DNA of 63,964 nt, filler included, from Bigelowiella natans CCMP2755 (Eukaryota > Protista > Cercozoa), in NCBI GenBank assembly GCA_000320545.1. It is 7 parts of 7 records of this genome, joined end to end, with 100 filler letters (N's around TTAATTAATTAA, not from the genome) between each part and the next. Parts side by side here need not be neighbours in the genome. Positions count along the whole stretch, not along the records: positions 4,682 to 31,938 come from ADNK01000633.1; positions 32,039 to 41,172 come from ADNK01001231.1; positions 41,273 to 50,538 come from ADNK01000437.1; 4 more parts are not named here. One strand, written 5' to 3'. Every line of letters starts with the position of its first letter. Position 1 is the first letter of the stretch. This document shows, piece by piece, positions 30,861 to 44,658 of the stretch. The notes under the pieces were generated by a model. It did not search any database. It had not been told where the DNA came from and was given only the letters and a program-made list of their open reading frames with translations. A program made the translations under genes and the position numbers.

Positions 30861-31896
30861 CTAGGACTTGGATTTTTTCTTGAGCGGTGGGAACTTTATC
30901 AGCATCTCTGGGCCGTACGAAAACCCTGATGCGACGAAGGCGAATTATATTGAATCAAGACTCTGATTGGCGTTCAGCGACAACTGACGGCAAACGCAGC
31001 CATGGAGAGTGTTAAGAGGGTTAAAAGATCACATCATACCGTTTGTCAATACAAGCTTTTCGCAAGGGGAGAAATGGGCTGGCGTGTATTCAGTGGACGC
31101 ACAGTCTTTCCGCAACAAGTTAAGATGCTTTAGAGCCTTGGCCACCTAAGGATAGGAAAGAGACCTTGTTGATGACGATGTTGTTGATGATGATGATTAT
31201 GATGATGATACTAAAGATGATGACTATGACGACGACGACGACGACGACGTTGACGAACAAGCAGGGTGAGGTGGGTGTGATTACCAATTCTGAGCAGAAG
31301 TAGGTTCTATCTTTGTCATCAAACGACATGGTGGACATCCGCCTTTTATAGTAGCGGTAGGTAGGTAGGTAGGTAGGTAGTAGTGGAGAAGAGGAAATAT
31401 GTGATGTTTGGTTCATCAGACAGATAGAAAACACACCAATGCAGTAAACATATGTGTATTGTAAATATATACAAAATATATACATATTACACGCAAAATC
31501 TTAAAAAAAATACATATGTATTTAGAACTATGGGCGTGCATGCATACGAGTTAAGGTGCTCCTCCTCCTCCTCCTGGTTGCTCGTTACTACCTCATAAGC
31601 TTTCCTGCTGTCAGTCCATACTTCTTGCCTTCCACGCCCTTTGTAGTATCATTTCCGATGTTAGACATATTTGGCGCAGCAGCAGAACAAGCAGAGCGAC
31701 GAGAGAACGATGAGAAGGAGGAGGAGGAGGAGTAGGAGGAGGAGGAGAATTTAGAGAAATCTCAACTAAAATGTGAAAACATCAACAACACGCGACCGCA
31801 CACGTACTCGACAAAAACGGCGAAATTGCTTGAGTGCATTAGCATCTAGGGCAGGCTCCAGTCTTCGCACAACTAGCCCAGTATACTGCTGAAACC
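30861..31896 (-). CDS. Permuted papain-like NlpC/P60 (YiiX/YebB-like) protein, 3' fragment
   Basis: Spliced exons: YTGLVVRRLEPALDANALKQFRRFCR/GVEGKKYGLTAGKLMR/RMSTMSFDDKDRTYFCSEL/VAKALKHLNLLRKDCASTEYTPAHFS.../GFSYGPEMLIKF. FCSELVA carries the family's catalytic Cys. Confidence 0.72.
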
Positions 31897-31938
31897 TGTA
31901 TATATGATGATGTCAGTACGAGCGTCTCCCTCTCTCTC

Positions 31939-32038
31939 NNNNNNNNNNNNNNNNNNNNNNNNNNNNNNNNNNNNNNNNNNNNTTAATTAATTAANNNNNN
32001 NNNNNNNNNNNNNNNNNNNNNNNNNNNNNNNNNNNNNN
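31939..32038. other. Artificial assembly spacer
   Basis: N44-TTAATTAATTAA-N44. Confidence 0.97.
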
Positions 32039-32264
32039 CCCCCCCCCCCCCGAGGAGGAAGGCGAAAGGACTAACCCTTTCCCTCTTCTCCTTATTGCGG
32101 CCCGGATCCATTTGTTTCTGTGGTGGAAATATAATCATTTGAGACTGATTGACATGTATCACTATATGTATATTTGTAGCTGTGGAGTATTTCGCCCGCC
32201 CCCACTTCCCGCCCCCCCCCCCCCCAGAACCGCCCCTCCTTTCTCTTTCTCTCCATCATTTTCT

Positions 32265-33599
32265 TACGTTTGTGCACGTGAAGAGAAAGCCATTCAGGTA
32301 GCCCCTCCACCACCCATTTTTGAGTTGATCCTGGCCTTGATGTTGCTGGTGAGGTTGCGGGTGCTGATGCCGAGGTGCTGCTGTCTTGCCGCCGCTCATA
32401 CGAGACGGCGGCATCATACCTCTACTATGATGGTGTTGGTTATTTTGAGGGGGCATTTGTTCAGGGGGGGGGCGGAACTCCCTGTTGGTGACCGGAGGAG
32501 GACGAGATGGATGGGGAGGCCTGTTTAGCAGGTGCATGTTGCTGTTCGGATGCGGTCCATGCCTCGCATTCCCAGCGTTCCCCAGTCTCTCCCCCGGACG
32601 AAGGAGAAGAGGGTTGCGCGGAGCCATTGCGCCTCCTTGGAGGGGGGGAGGGGGGTGCTGCTGACGATGATGGGGAAATGGAGGAAAGCCCGCCGGCCTT
32701 CTCGAGGGCCTCAGTAGTGGCTGCCGTGCTGCTCCGAGCACTGCGCCACCAGGGACTAGTTGGCGGAGGCCATTTGTCTGATGAAGGGCGTTGAATGGAG
32801 GACGCTTCTGCAATGGCGGTCGAAAGTTGCTACCGCGACCTGCAGGCTGCAGTGGGATACGGTTTACCCCCCCCCTCTGAGCATCATTCCTGCTCCCTCT
32901 GCCTCGGGTGGGTCCTTGCTGCACGCCCGAGCGATGTCGCGATTGATTGGCTGCCGATGTTGTGACCCCATTCTTGTCAAGGGATGGCGCGTTGGTGCTA
33001 CTGCTATCATCATCAGCCTTGTCACGGCCAAAGAGGTCATCATCGTCATCCTCCTCCTCCTCCTCCTCGGAAGAATCACCGTAAAGGTGGCCTGATCTAT
33101 CACCACTCCCTGTAGCAGCCTCATCATGGCACCCATCATACATGGTTGTGTTCGGGTCGTTGCTGTGCGTATCGCGTGTAGGTGCCACCTCCTCCTCCTG
33201 CTCCTCCTCCTCCTCCTTCTGTCCTCCCTCCTCCTCGGCAGGTCTCATTTCTACGACGTCTTCCTGCTCTTCCTTTGCATCCTCACCCGTCGTGGTTTCT
33301 GCTGCCTGATTATCTGCGGTGTCCTCTATTCTCGTTCCCCCCTGCACGGTAGGATCCACGATAGCTTTCTCCCGGTGCAGGAAATCGAACATGCCCTCAA
33401 CAAACTCATCAGTAGAGCTTCCAACGAAGTCTCGGAGCTCCTTGAGGCACGTCCGCTTCAGGGTTCCCGGATCCTCCTCGCGCGAGAGAAGGGCTTGCAC
33501 GTATTCGGCTAAGATTTCAGGGTCTTGGTCGCAAGCACGGGGAATTTCATCTATCAGGTAGGACTGAAGCGAAGGCCCAACCGCCTCTTTAACCACCAT
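32265..33599 (-). CDS. PWI-domain (RBM26/27-type) protein, first exon; rest lost at gap
   Basis: LQSYLIDEIPRACDQDPEILAEYVQALL...LKRTCLKELRDFVGSSTDEFVEGMFDFL matches the RBM26/27 PWI domain, followed by acidic and Pro/Arg/Gln-rich low complexity; gtaag donor after FTCTN. Confidence 0.8.
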
Positions 33600-34314
33600 G
33601 TCTCAGGAGCTAAGCTATGCTACTGAAGAAAGGCTAGAAAGAAAGGAAGGAATGAAGGAGGTCACGCAAACAGCGGTAACCAACAGTGAACGGCAAAAGC
33701 TTCCACAGAGACTTAGATCTTCAGCTTAAGGAAGGCGGGGTGGGCCCCGGGCCGCGAGGAGCCATACGGGTATGCGTTCTGCTGAGCTCTTGCAATTATT
33801 TGTTGTCGTAGGACGAATATGGGATTGAATTTTTGCATTTTAACGTTGCGGCCTTTCTCAGTGAGGATAGGGAATCCAGTACTTACGACAATGATAACCA
33901 GGCGTTTCGTCTTGGACAAATGCGATCTCGTGCTGCCTGGCCACCGTGTGGCAAAAAATCTTAGGTTATTCTGGGTTCCCTTCGAGCAGATGCTTATAGT
34001 TCCAAAAATACATGATATTTTTAATGGGAGACAAACGAAATAGAGCCGAAAATTGCCGAACAGCGAATTCCGTGTTTTCCATCGCCTTCCTTTCCCCCCC
34101 TATCGGCCGGTGCAAAGCTGGAAAGGTAGATCTGAAAACTGAGAGCGTCGCTCTCCACCATGATGATCAGTCAAATAGGAAGAGGGGGGGGCATGGGCAA
34201 CGGATAGAGCAAAAAGGAAAGAGGAGTTAGGGATTCGTTGCTGTCCTTGTTTTGCAGTTGGTAGACTTGAGGCACTCAACTGTGCTCGGAGGGCTGGAGC
34301 CAACATCGGCAGCG

Positions 34315-35793
34315 ATGGACGCGAAAAGCGGAGTTGGGAAAGAGGGTGGTGGGCTTCCTGAGGATAAGGACAGAAGTGGCAAGGACAAAGCTAACAAAAA
34401 AAGAGGCAGCCAGGATATATTCGGCGAGCTCGATCATAAAAAAGTACGTGTGTGTGTGTGTGTGCCTTCGTGTGGAAGATCATGTGAGCACGATATTATG
34501 ATCTTGGGAAAGTATATATATATCATGTGAACACAATTTTATGATCTTGGGAGTGTATCATCATCCCTTCCATCAATATGTAGTCCTTATTTTCGACAAT
34601 CGTGTGGCAGATCATTCGTGAAGTGTGGGCGCACAACTTGAAGGAGGAGATGGAGCGAATCATGGACCTTGTAGACGACTATCCGTTTATTGCGATGGTA
34701 TTATTACAATCGCCGTATGCAACTTGAAAATTTTCGGAATACGATCCCCTGAGGGGTTCTTGCGTAGTTCGTGCAAAGAATCCTAAGCACGGCACCGCTC
34801 ATCACTCATCATGTGCCCATTCGTCTTGAAAAACAGGACACCGAGTTTCCGGGAATCGTCGCGCGACCAGTTGGACCTTTCCGGAACTCGCAGGTATAAT
34901 CTCAACTTCTTCACAGTACATGTGCATGAAACACACACACACACACACACGCACGCACGCACGCACGCACACGCACATTTTATAACATACGCATTCTGAG
35001 AGTGACTGTGTTGCTAAAGGCTAGTCTGCTGTCGTCGTGACGTTTGAATTAAACGCATTTTTCATTGCATTTTTCGTCGTATTATGTTTCGGGAGATTAT
35101 TCCAAAATCAATCTGCATATTAAGAATTCGAATTTTAAGGCAGGATATTTCCTCTAACGACTGTGCTCTAATACATCAAAATAGGAGTGCCGATATAGAT
35201 TGCTGAAATGTAATGTAGATCTCCTTAAGATTATCCAGGTCGTCCATTTTATCATCACCCCACACATTATTTCTCTGAAACACGGCGAGGACTCGCCAGA
35301 CCAAAAACAACCCAAGTGCTGCTGTGGGTGCTGTTGCGAATCATATTAGAAATGTCACTTTGGATGCATTTTGCTGTTCGTGCAAAGAATTCAGCCTGGA
35401 TTGTCACTATTTGCCGTATCATCCTCCTTTCGCAGATGGGGCTGTGTTTTTGCGATGCGGAAGGCCGTCTCCCACCTGGCGTTTGCGTATGGCAGTTTAA
35501 TTTCAAGTTTGATCTTAGGTGTGAAGTTGCCCTCTTTCCCCCGCCCCCCCCCCCGCTTCTTCCCTTCATATTTTATTGTGTCGAGATGCGTGTTGCAAGT
35601 GAGGCATTCCCTAGAAATTCATTTTTCAACTTCTTCCTCTCTCCTTGCACTAACGGACACCACTAACAAACACTGCCAGCGAGACATGTACGCCCCGCGA
35701 CTCGATCGAGTTCTTGAAGAAATCCCGAATTGACTTCGACCGGCACGCTAAGGAAGGGATCGACGTCATGGATTTCGCAGAGGTGCGTGTTTG

Positions 35794-35873
<80 letters not shown>

Positions 35874-36195
35874 GTATTTGAGCGGCGCTTTCCCGACGCA
35901 ACCGTCGACCCGCGACAGCAGCCCCCCCTCCTATGATAGTGTCGGCGCATAACCGCAGCACAGATAGTGGGGTACGGCGTGTGGTTAGCCCAGCTTGCAG
36001 CCGGCTGAGAGTTGGATTGAGAGCTCTCGAATTGATGGCTCCCACCACCACCACCACCACCCTCACTCACTCACTAAACTCACCAGGTGTTGATCACTTC
36101 TGCAATTGTGTTGAATGAGGACGTCACGTGGGTTACCTTTCATAGCGGATACGACTATGGTCGGTGATGGCTCGAAAGCAATAGCAGCAGCAGTT

Positions 36196-36229
<34 letters not shown>

Positions 36230-36868
36230 GGGGGGGGGGGAGGAGGAAGAGAGAGCGAGTTGCATGTATCAACAACGCAAACGCACACACTTCCTCGAAT
36301 GACCAAACGCTCGTCCTCAGGATATTTGCTGCGGCTGTTGACGTGCGAGAAACTTCCTGATAAAGAGGTTCTACCCCAAGGCCCCCCCAACACGCACACA
36401 CCCAAACACAAAAAAGGAAGCGACGAAAAGCCGCTGATGTAAGGGGGATAGGTGGCTTTTGAGAGATGAGGAGGAGGGGGGGGAGGAAGAAGTGAATGTG
36501 ATGGTGGTGGTGGTGGTGGTGGTGTGCAAATGGAATTGCAAATCACCTCGATGATGATGCCCTGTTCGTCGTGAATTTTACTCAAAAACAACATTTCGAT
36601 CGCTTCTGGTCAATTCCGTCGTCCACCGCTTCTCCCCTCTCCGTTTAGGATGAGTTCTTTGAGCTTTTGAAGACCTATTGCCCCTGCGTGTATGACGTTC
36701 GTTTCCTCATGAAGGTTGTGGTGATAGTAGTAGTAGTAGGTGGAGGAGGAGGAGGAGGAGGAGGAGGAGGAAGAGCTTTAGAGGGCGGGGGGGGGGGGGA
36801 GACATGAGCGACAAAATAGTCCCTCGAAAGGAAATAAAACACCATACACTGATACAATCAGAAACACA

Positions 36869-36917
<49 letters not shown>

Positions 36918-37668
36918 ATCTCACTGACCCCACTAATCATTGCCGCGAACATTGGCAGTCTTGCAGATTAAAGGGCGGCCTCAGCAGCGTTGCGAATCAT
37001 TTCGGGGTACCACCACCTTTCTGCAGTAGCGATGCTGTAGCAACCACGACAAGAAAAAGAAGAAGAGGAAAGGATAATGTTCTTTTATCGCAGGAACGAC
37101 AATCCCAAGAAACATGTGTAATATGGTGTATTAATCATCGTGCATGTATTGAGTAATCCACCCCCCACCCACCACAGATAAAGCGCTGCGGGCCGCAGCA
37201 CCAAGCTGGAAGCGACAGTCTCCTTACGCAGGCGGTAGTAGCGAGTGAATGAGAGAGATTGTATGACGGTCTTGAGGGTTGCCAGACTTAAAGAAATGGA
37301 AATAAACACACTCACTCACACAACGCACGCACACGCACACGCACACGCACACACAACCAACGTATATTATTATTACTATTATTATTATTATTATTATTAT
37401 TATTAGCAGTAGCAGCAGCAGCAGCAGCAGCAGGACAAAACAAGCATGAAGCCTTTCCACCATCATCAATCAGGTGTTCTTTCACCTTCGCAACAACCAT
37501 TTCGATGGGCGGCTTGGCTCTCCCCACAACAGCAGCAGCAGAAGCAATAACTCCGGCCACGCCGATAGAAGCAATAAGTACATGAACCATCTCTACGGCC
37601 TTGGGTCGGAGTCCCAGCCCGTGCTCCCTGCGCCTTCAAAGCAGAGAAGGGGTGCTTCTGATAAGTAG
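34315..37668 (+). CDS. CAF1: CCR4-NOT deadenylase subunit CAF1/POP2 (CNOT7/8), with one apparent +1 frameshift
   Basis: [99 protein letters not shown]; DEDD residues intact. Confidence 0.93.
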
Positions 37669-38524
37669 TAGAAGCAGCTCAGCGAGGAAAGGAGCATGCT
37701 AACCGCCAAAACGCAAAGATAGATAAATTTAGCGAAGCAAGTGTAAATGCTCTTTTACGTATTTGTTAGTAATCGAGCACGGTCCTTTTCAGCCTCGTTC
37801 TGCGTGACATATGTCTACTAACACTGCGCGTCACAATGCCTCATTGATGTACATGTCTGCAGATAAAAGCGTATATACTAACATAGTTCGCAGTGGGTAC
37901 GCTCAAGATGTTTGCGGTCGCGGCTCAAATGATCAAGAACTGTGGACACTGTTAGACAGTGACTGCTGCACATAATGCTTATCAGATAGTATAAGCAATG
38001 GTTACATAGTCTGCGTAGTGAAAGCAAAAGTCACCGCAGCTTGCCCGTTGCATGACTCATGTGCTATGCATAACAATGTGCTGGTCTTGTCTGCATGCGC
38101 AGGACGCAGGACTAGCTAGCTAGAGGAGCTATCATCTAATTCTAGAGATATCGTGGCTCGTCAAATGTCTAGAACTTTTTTAAGGGTTAAACAGCAGCAC
38201 ACACTGCATGCAAAACAACATGTAATCAGCATTGCAACCACGCTAGCACGTGCGCCGCCAGACCTAGCTAGCTAGAGACATGTAAAGGCGCATGGTTTGT
38301 TGACAGAGCTAGAGAGTTAGCGATGTTACGCATCTAGACGTATGCAATGTATATGTGTCACTTGCACTGCGCAAAGCGTGCTCAGAGTTATGACTTATCC
38401 ATCACTCTCCACAGCGAAATAAAGCTCTATTTCGGGCATATTTTATTTAACTAACCGACAGCAAATAACATCGATCATTAACCGTTTCACTGATCTCAGA
38501 AGAGATAGAGCTTACCGAGGATTG

Positions 38525-39656
38525 TTATTTCTGTTTGCCTGCCGAGTAATGCATTGTCTTCCCGTTACCGGAGAAATCTAGGTTACTGTATTCTTCTGAC
38601 CATTACAATACGAGCGTTCGGTTAGAGAGATCGCGAAGAAGAAATTAGTCAGGAGGGGTCTACTCAATATACCGCACCACCTGTTGAAGATATGTTTTTC
38701 ATTTCGGCGGTAGCTGCCTGAGAGCTAGATGTCCCTACCCTCCTTGAGTCTTTCGACATTTTGGGAACGACCGGATCCACGGGAGTCGTTTTCTTCGAGT
38801 TGGCTACTAGCGAGTAGAGCAAAGGTCTGCCAAGCATAGTACGTTGGTGAGTTTCAGGCAAACCTGTGAGACTGCATTCGTTGCAGATTCAGACTGCGGG
38901 GAAAAAATGTCGAATTGAATAATTCCAACAGTGGTCCCGCTCTCTATTTTGTTTTACATTTGTGATAGTTTCGGATCTTGCTGTATATTGAGCTCCGAGG
39001 CCAGGTACTTATTGTAAATCTTTTTCTGTGGTTGTCCCGTTTCTGATCGATGCCAAGAGGGAAAATAGTCAGGAACGAGAGACATTTCGGCCCCGACCGA
39101 TCTCCCCACTCCCTTAACCAAGGATAAAAATAGTAACCTGGCATAAACACCGACAATGTGTGGTGATACTTGTTGAATTCAAGGTACTCCCGAATCAGCT
39201 CATTTATCACGACATTTGTACTGGAAAGCTCAGGCTTCTTGACTCCCTATTTCATTGATGAAGGTTACCCTGAGTTTGCGTCCAAACAACGCGACTGGGA
39301 CAAGTGATGGCGATCATGATGCTTTCAGTAACAGGAGTACCTGGTGGTCATCGAGTGCAGAGAAGATCTCCGCTCGTAGCCTGGCCTTGATCTGATTCAA
39401 CGAGCCTCTGGCCTCTAGAGTCTCCTTTATCACTACATTGATGGATACATGAAATCAAGACCCAAGGAATCATGGTGGAAGGGTGTTTTCCAATGGAAGC
39501 ACAGAACGCCCAACAACGCGTCGTTTTGGCGACGACACGGCGATGACACCGGTACACTCTGATCGCTCCTCATCATTGGACGTGAACGACCTCAATACAC
39601 GTAGAATCACTGTAATCTTCAAGATTACCTGATTTGAGCTCGTTGAGCGTGGTCAT
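38525..39656 (-). CDS. CEP20: Centrosomal LisH protein FOPNL/FOR20/CEP20
   Basis: MTTLNELKS/VIKETLEARGSLNQIKAKLRAEIFSALDD/...VINELIREYLEFNKYHHTLSVF/ETGQP.../PLLYSLV, matching the FOP N-terminal-like family along its short length. Confidence 0.88.
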
Positions 39657-39759
39657 CGCAGGGGATGGGGGGGGGCTGTTTTTGGCGGTTGATTTCGGAA
39701 CAGGAGAAGGGCTTGCTCGCTGACGGCTATTCGCATTAAAATCCTTGTCGTTTTATAAT

Positions 39760-39879
39760 TGCGACAAGTAAATATGGGTTGTCGCAATACAAATATCCCG
39801 AACTTAGGAAGTTTCCCGCGATGAGTATTTTCGAAACCCTCATATTTCTATCTGCGACAATTAATTTGTGTTGTCGCAG
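39760..39879. promoter_or_regulatory. Two inverted dyads of TGCGACAA in the CEP20 divergent promoter
   Basis: TTGCGACAA-N11-TTGTCGCAA (39759-39787) and CTGCGACAA-N10-TTGTCGCAG (39852-39879); regulatory function is inferred. Confidence 0.55.
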
Positions 39880-40137
39880 GAAAAGGATTACAGAGGTTTC
39901 CGCCCTCCCCCCGCAAACCATCATCGCAAGACGACTGGTAACTGGCCAGGGGGGCAAGGTGCTTGGGATTTCGAGCCAGAGAGAGCTCACCTCCCGCGAG
40001 GAGGCGTTCCCGTGAATTTTCAGGTATGGGTGAGTAGGGGGTGGTCCGGGGAAGGGAGCTCGACTTCGTCGCTTCGCTCTCTAAACCTGATGTGACGCTG
40101 ATATGACGTTGCTCGTGTATACGGCGTGCAGAAGGCA

Positions 40138-41495
40138 ATGGCTCCGACGTCGAGGCAGATTTTGGCAGCTTCGGGGATTGCCATCTGCATTGTAGCGTCC
40201 GCCTTGAGCATGGTCAGTTGCCCAGTTGCTCGAAACATGAGCGATCTCGACTCACGCTTCTCTTTTCCTTCCCCTCTGCTCATTAGTATGACCTACGACC
40301 GTACATCCAAATCTACGATGGCAGCAACCACATCGCAGCTGAGTTGGCTCCTATCGACGATGGTCAGATATTTGAAGAAGATATGGACGATGCTATTCCT
40401 CTTGAGATTAGAGAGGAAGCGCGACCCCTTCCAGGGAGCAACAGGGCTGCTACCTACTGGCCGGAGGGGGAACGCTGGGATACGACACTTGGCAAACCAC
40501 GGAATAAGTAAACTTACTTAACAAAGCACGCGACACACTATGCAGCATGGGCGAGCTGCTTCCGATTTGGCTATGAGAAGCTAATTCTCATTCATCACCC
40601 TTCGTCCCTTGCGATGTTGTCCCTCTATTCTGTTCTGCTTGTTGTTTGCTGATGTTTGGCCACGTTGTTTTCTCGTCGTCAAGTTACCACATCGCCGTGA
40701 TCAATGTCTGGCTGGGGCGGTCACTCCCGGAGCATACAATACAGACACTTCACACTTTCTCCCGCAATCGGAACGGCACTACGTAATTATTGATTTTCAA
40801 AGATTTGGCCTCTTTCATCGATTTGAGGAGGAAGAACCCCCCCCGCGCATGCCTATTTGATGTCCCGTTTGAGTCTAGGGGGTTGTGTCAAAGATTGTCG
40901 CTCTTCTGTGTGTGTGTGTGCGCGCGCGCGCGCGTCTCCGTGTGTCCAGGAACTCGCCTCTCACGTGCGCTTTGCTTGTTGGCGGAAAGGTACCTTCTTT
41001 TCACTGATCCGGAGTTCATCGCTGGGCTATCAGGGCAGATATCTGGCATTCCGGGCGTCAAGGTGGTGGTGGTGGTGGCAGCGCAGTGTGCGGAGTGATG
41101 ATGATTCGTAAATGCTGAGCCTGCAATTTGAGAGACTATTGTATATGAGCATATACACACACACACACACACNNNNNNNNNNNNNNNNNNNNNNNNNNNN
41201 NNNNNNNNNNNNNNNNTTAATTAATTAANNNNNNNNNNNNNNNNNNNNNNNNNNNNNNNNNNNNNNNNNNNNGGGGGGGGGGGGGCAGACTTGTCATCTA
41301 GCTGTGGGGATGTCCTTGCAAGATCTTCCCTTTTTCTTCAGCCATTTTGCGTACTCTGATTTCACTCGTACCTACGATTTATATAGTAGGCCGAGAATTG
41401 ATTAGCCAAAAATCAATCACACCATTTCTACTAATTACCATAGGATGAATATCCCTTGATAAACATCTCCGCGAACTAAAATGTATTCCCATAGC

Positions 41496-41556
<61 letters not shown>

Positions 41557-41904
41557 GCCCCCCTTCTCTCCGCGCTTTCAAACCAGAAGTGCTTGCGGAG
41601 TTTGTTCCGCGATGTTGTCCAAATCGGAATCTGCCAAACATAATTTACACAGTGGTGGCCATAATCAAATATCAGTGTAGGTGGAACATCGAAGGCAGTT
41701 CAAAATGTGATCGCCAACCTATGAGAAAGCCCGTCGGGAATAGATCCTTGAGGTGATCCGTAGCCTTGGACTTCTTGCCCATCGCGGCACAGCTTCGGGG
41801 GACGGGGGCTCAAGGGCTATTCGTACGAGGATCTGGCTACGTCCATCGCGACTGAGATTTCCAGCCGAGACAAATCTCTTGTGAAGCTGGATCACGTGCT
41901 CTAA
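40138..41904 (+). CDS. Putative type II membrane/secretory protein, possibly glycosyltransferase-like, interrupted by gap
   Basis: Signal-anchor MAPTSRQILAASGIAICIVASALSM and exon-like pieces YHIAVINVWLG and YLLFTDPEFIAG. Exon-like pieces after the gap (...LVKLDHVL*) may belong to another gene. Confidence 0.4.
41173..41272. other. Artificial assembly spacer
   Basis: N44-TTAATTAATTAA-N44. Confidence 0.97.
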
Positions 41905-42257
41905 TCGATGGGGTAAACACCCTGCGACATCAGAATCATGCCGGACTAGCTTATAAATTAGATGGGAAAATAACCCTACGAGCGTACGACTCCTACCCTT
42001 AAAACATTTCCTTATTTTGGAAGTCTTCACGAGGAAATGGCCTGCGTTCCTGTGTTATCCGGGAGTAGTCGCCAGATCACCGTCAGAATCTCCTCGCCGA
42101 TAGCCCAGATAGCTGATATCGAAGGGGGAGGAGGAGGAGGAGCCAACTCAATTTCCAGACTGCATCCCCGCCCATCCGCACAGAGGTAGTGACGACGATT
42201 TTTTTAGATGGTTGATGATTTTTCGTTGAGTACCTCTTGCTTTTCTTGCCTGCAAAG

Positions 42258-43583
<1,326 letters not shown>

Positions 43584-44253
43584 AAGCAAATGTATTGGGG
43601 TAACTCGAACATCATTGGAGAATGCAAACATGTAGCTTAATGTAGACCTTCGATTATGCGCTCGATGTCCAATTTATGAAAAGCTGTGGTATACAGCATT
43701 CCACGCGCATATTTCACTTGTTTATATGGACTAACAATGCTAACCCTAATGCTACGATGCGCTATACCGTCAAGTATTCTAACGATCGAAAGCAAATAAT
43801 TAACGAAGCACGCACATGCCATCAGAGATCTTCACAGGCTATCATTTTGAAAGCTTGCGGCGACAGTCTAGCTACGTACATATGCTATGCATAATCGCGA
43901 AAATTAAAAAGATGAGACACAATCACTAAGGATCTCCGACAATTAAACACTGCCTCAGTGAGAATCTAATTTACTGGCGTCGCGGTGTAACATGTGGTTT
44001 TGTCACCGCATGCATGCATGCATACGCGACATATACCTGGTAGTATCCACTTCATACTATTCTATAATTCGATTATCATCAATTCATAAACTACCAAATA
44101 TATTGTGATGTTGCGTATCCCGCAAGCAAGAAAAACATGCTAGCATCCGTTAGTAGGAGAGTCTTTACCCTGCTCTCGGTGGGCAAGCTATAGCAGTAAA
44201 AATACCCTACCATCGAGATACCGGAGCAAAGCGGAACCTACGGAGGAAACTCA

Positions 44254-44658
44254 TCATAGAAGCCAACTCATGTAAAACCAAAATAGAAGTCCGGTGAGCA
44301 AAACCACCATCGCTAGGTTCAATTTCATCATATGCAATTGATTAAAGAGAACATCATTGCTTTCATCGGAATCCAAGGAAGATGAAGAATTGACCTCCGA
44401 AAAGAGATAGGTTGCACTTTTTTTCCAGTAAATACTATTGAAACATTCAAAAATAACTACCGTTATAATCGTCAGGAAGGATATGGCTTCCTCAGGACCA
44501 GAGCCGCTGGGATACTTTGGCTTTCCCAGTAGCTTTCGGAGCGTCGGTCCGAAAGTAGAGCAGCTCCAGAAGAGGCTAAAGAAACCCACAGCGCCCCCTA
44601 CACACATCCACAGACACGCGGACAGTAACGCAAAGATGACGGTGAAAATGGAAACCAT
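44254..44658 (-). CDS. Small single-exon membrane protein (~134 aa, ~3 TM)
   Basis: MVSIFTVIFALLSACLWMCVGGAVGFFSLFW..., AISFLTIITVVIFECF and LNLAMVVLLTGLLFWFYMSWLL*; a TGCGACAA motif lies ~130 bp upstream. Confidence 0.5.
   Translation of the reverse strand: MVSIFTVIFALLSACLWMCVGGAVGFFSLFWSCSTFGPTLRKLLGKPKYPSGSGPEEAISFLTIITVVIFECFNSIYWKKSATYLFSEVNSSSSLDSDESNDVLFNQLHMMKLNLAMVVLLTGLLFWFYMSWLL

Noticed and set aside
34480-34551. ~30-bp imperfect direct duplication in CAF1 intron 1, and a shared 15-mer in two other CAF1 introns
   Set aside because: Too short and local to support an introner or snoRNA; no box motifs or further copies seen.
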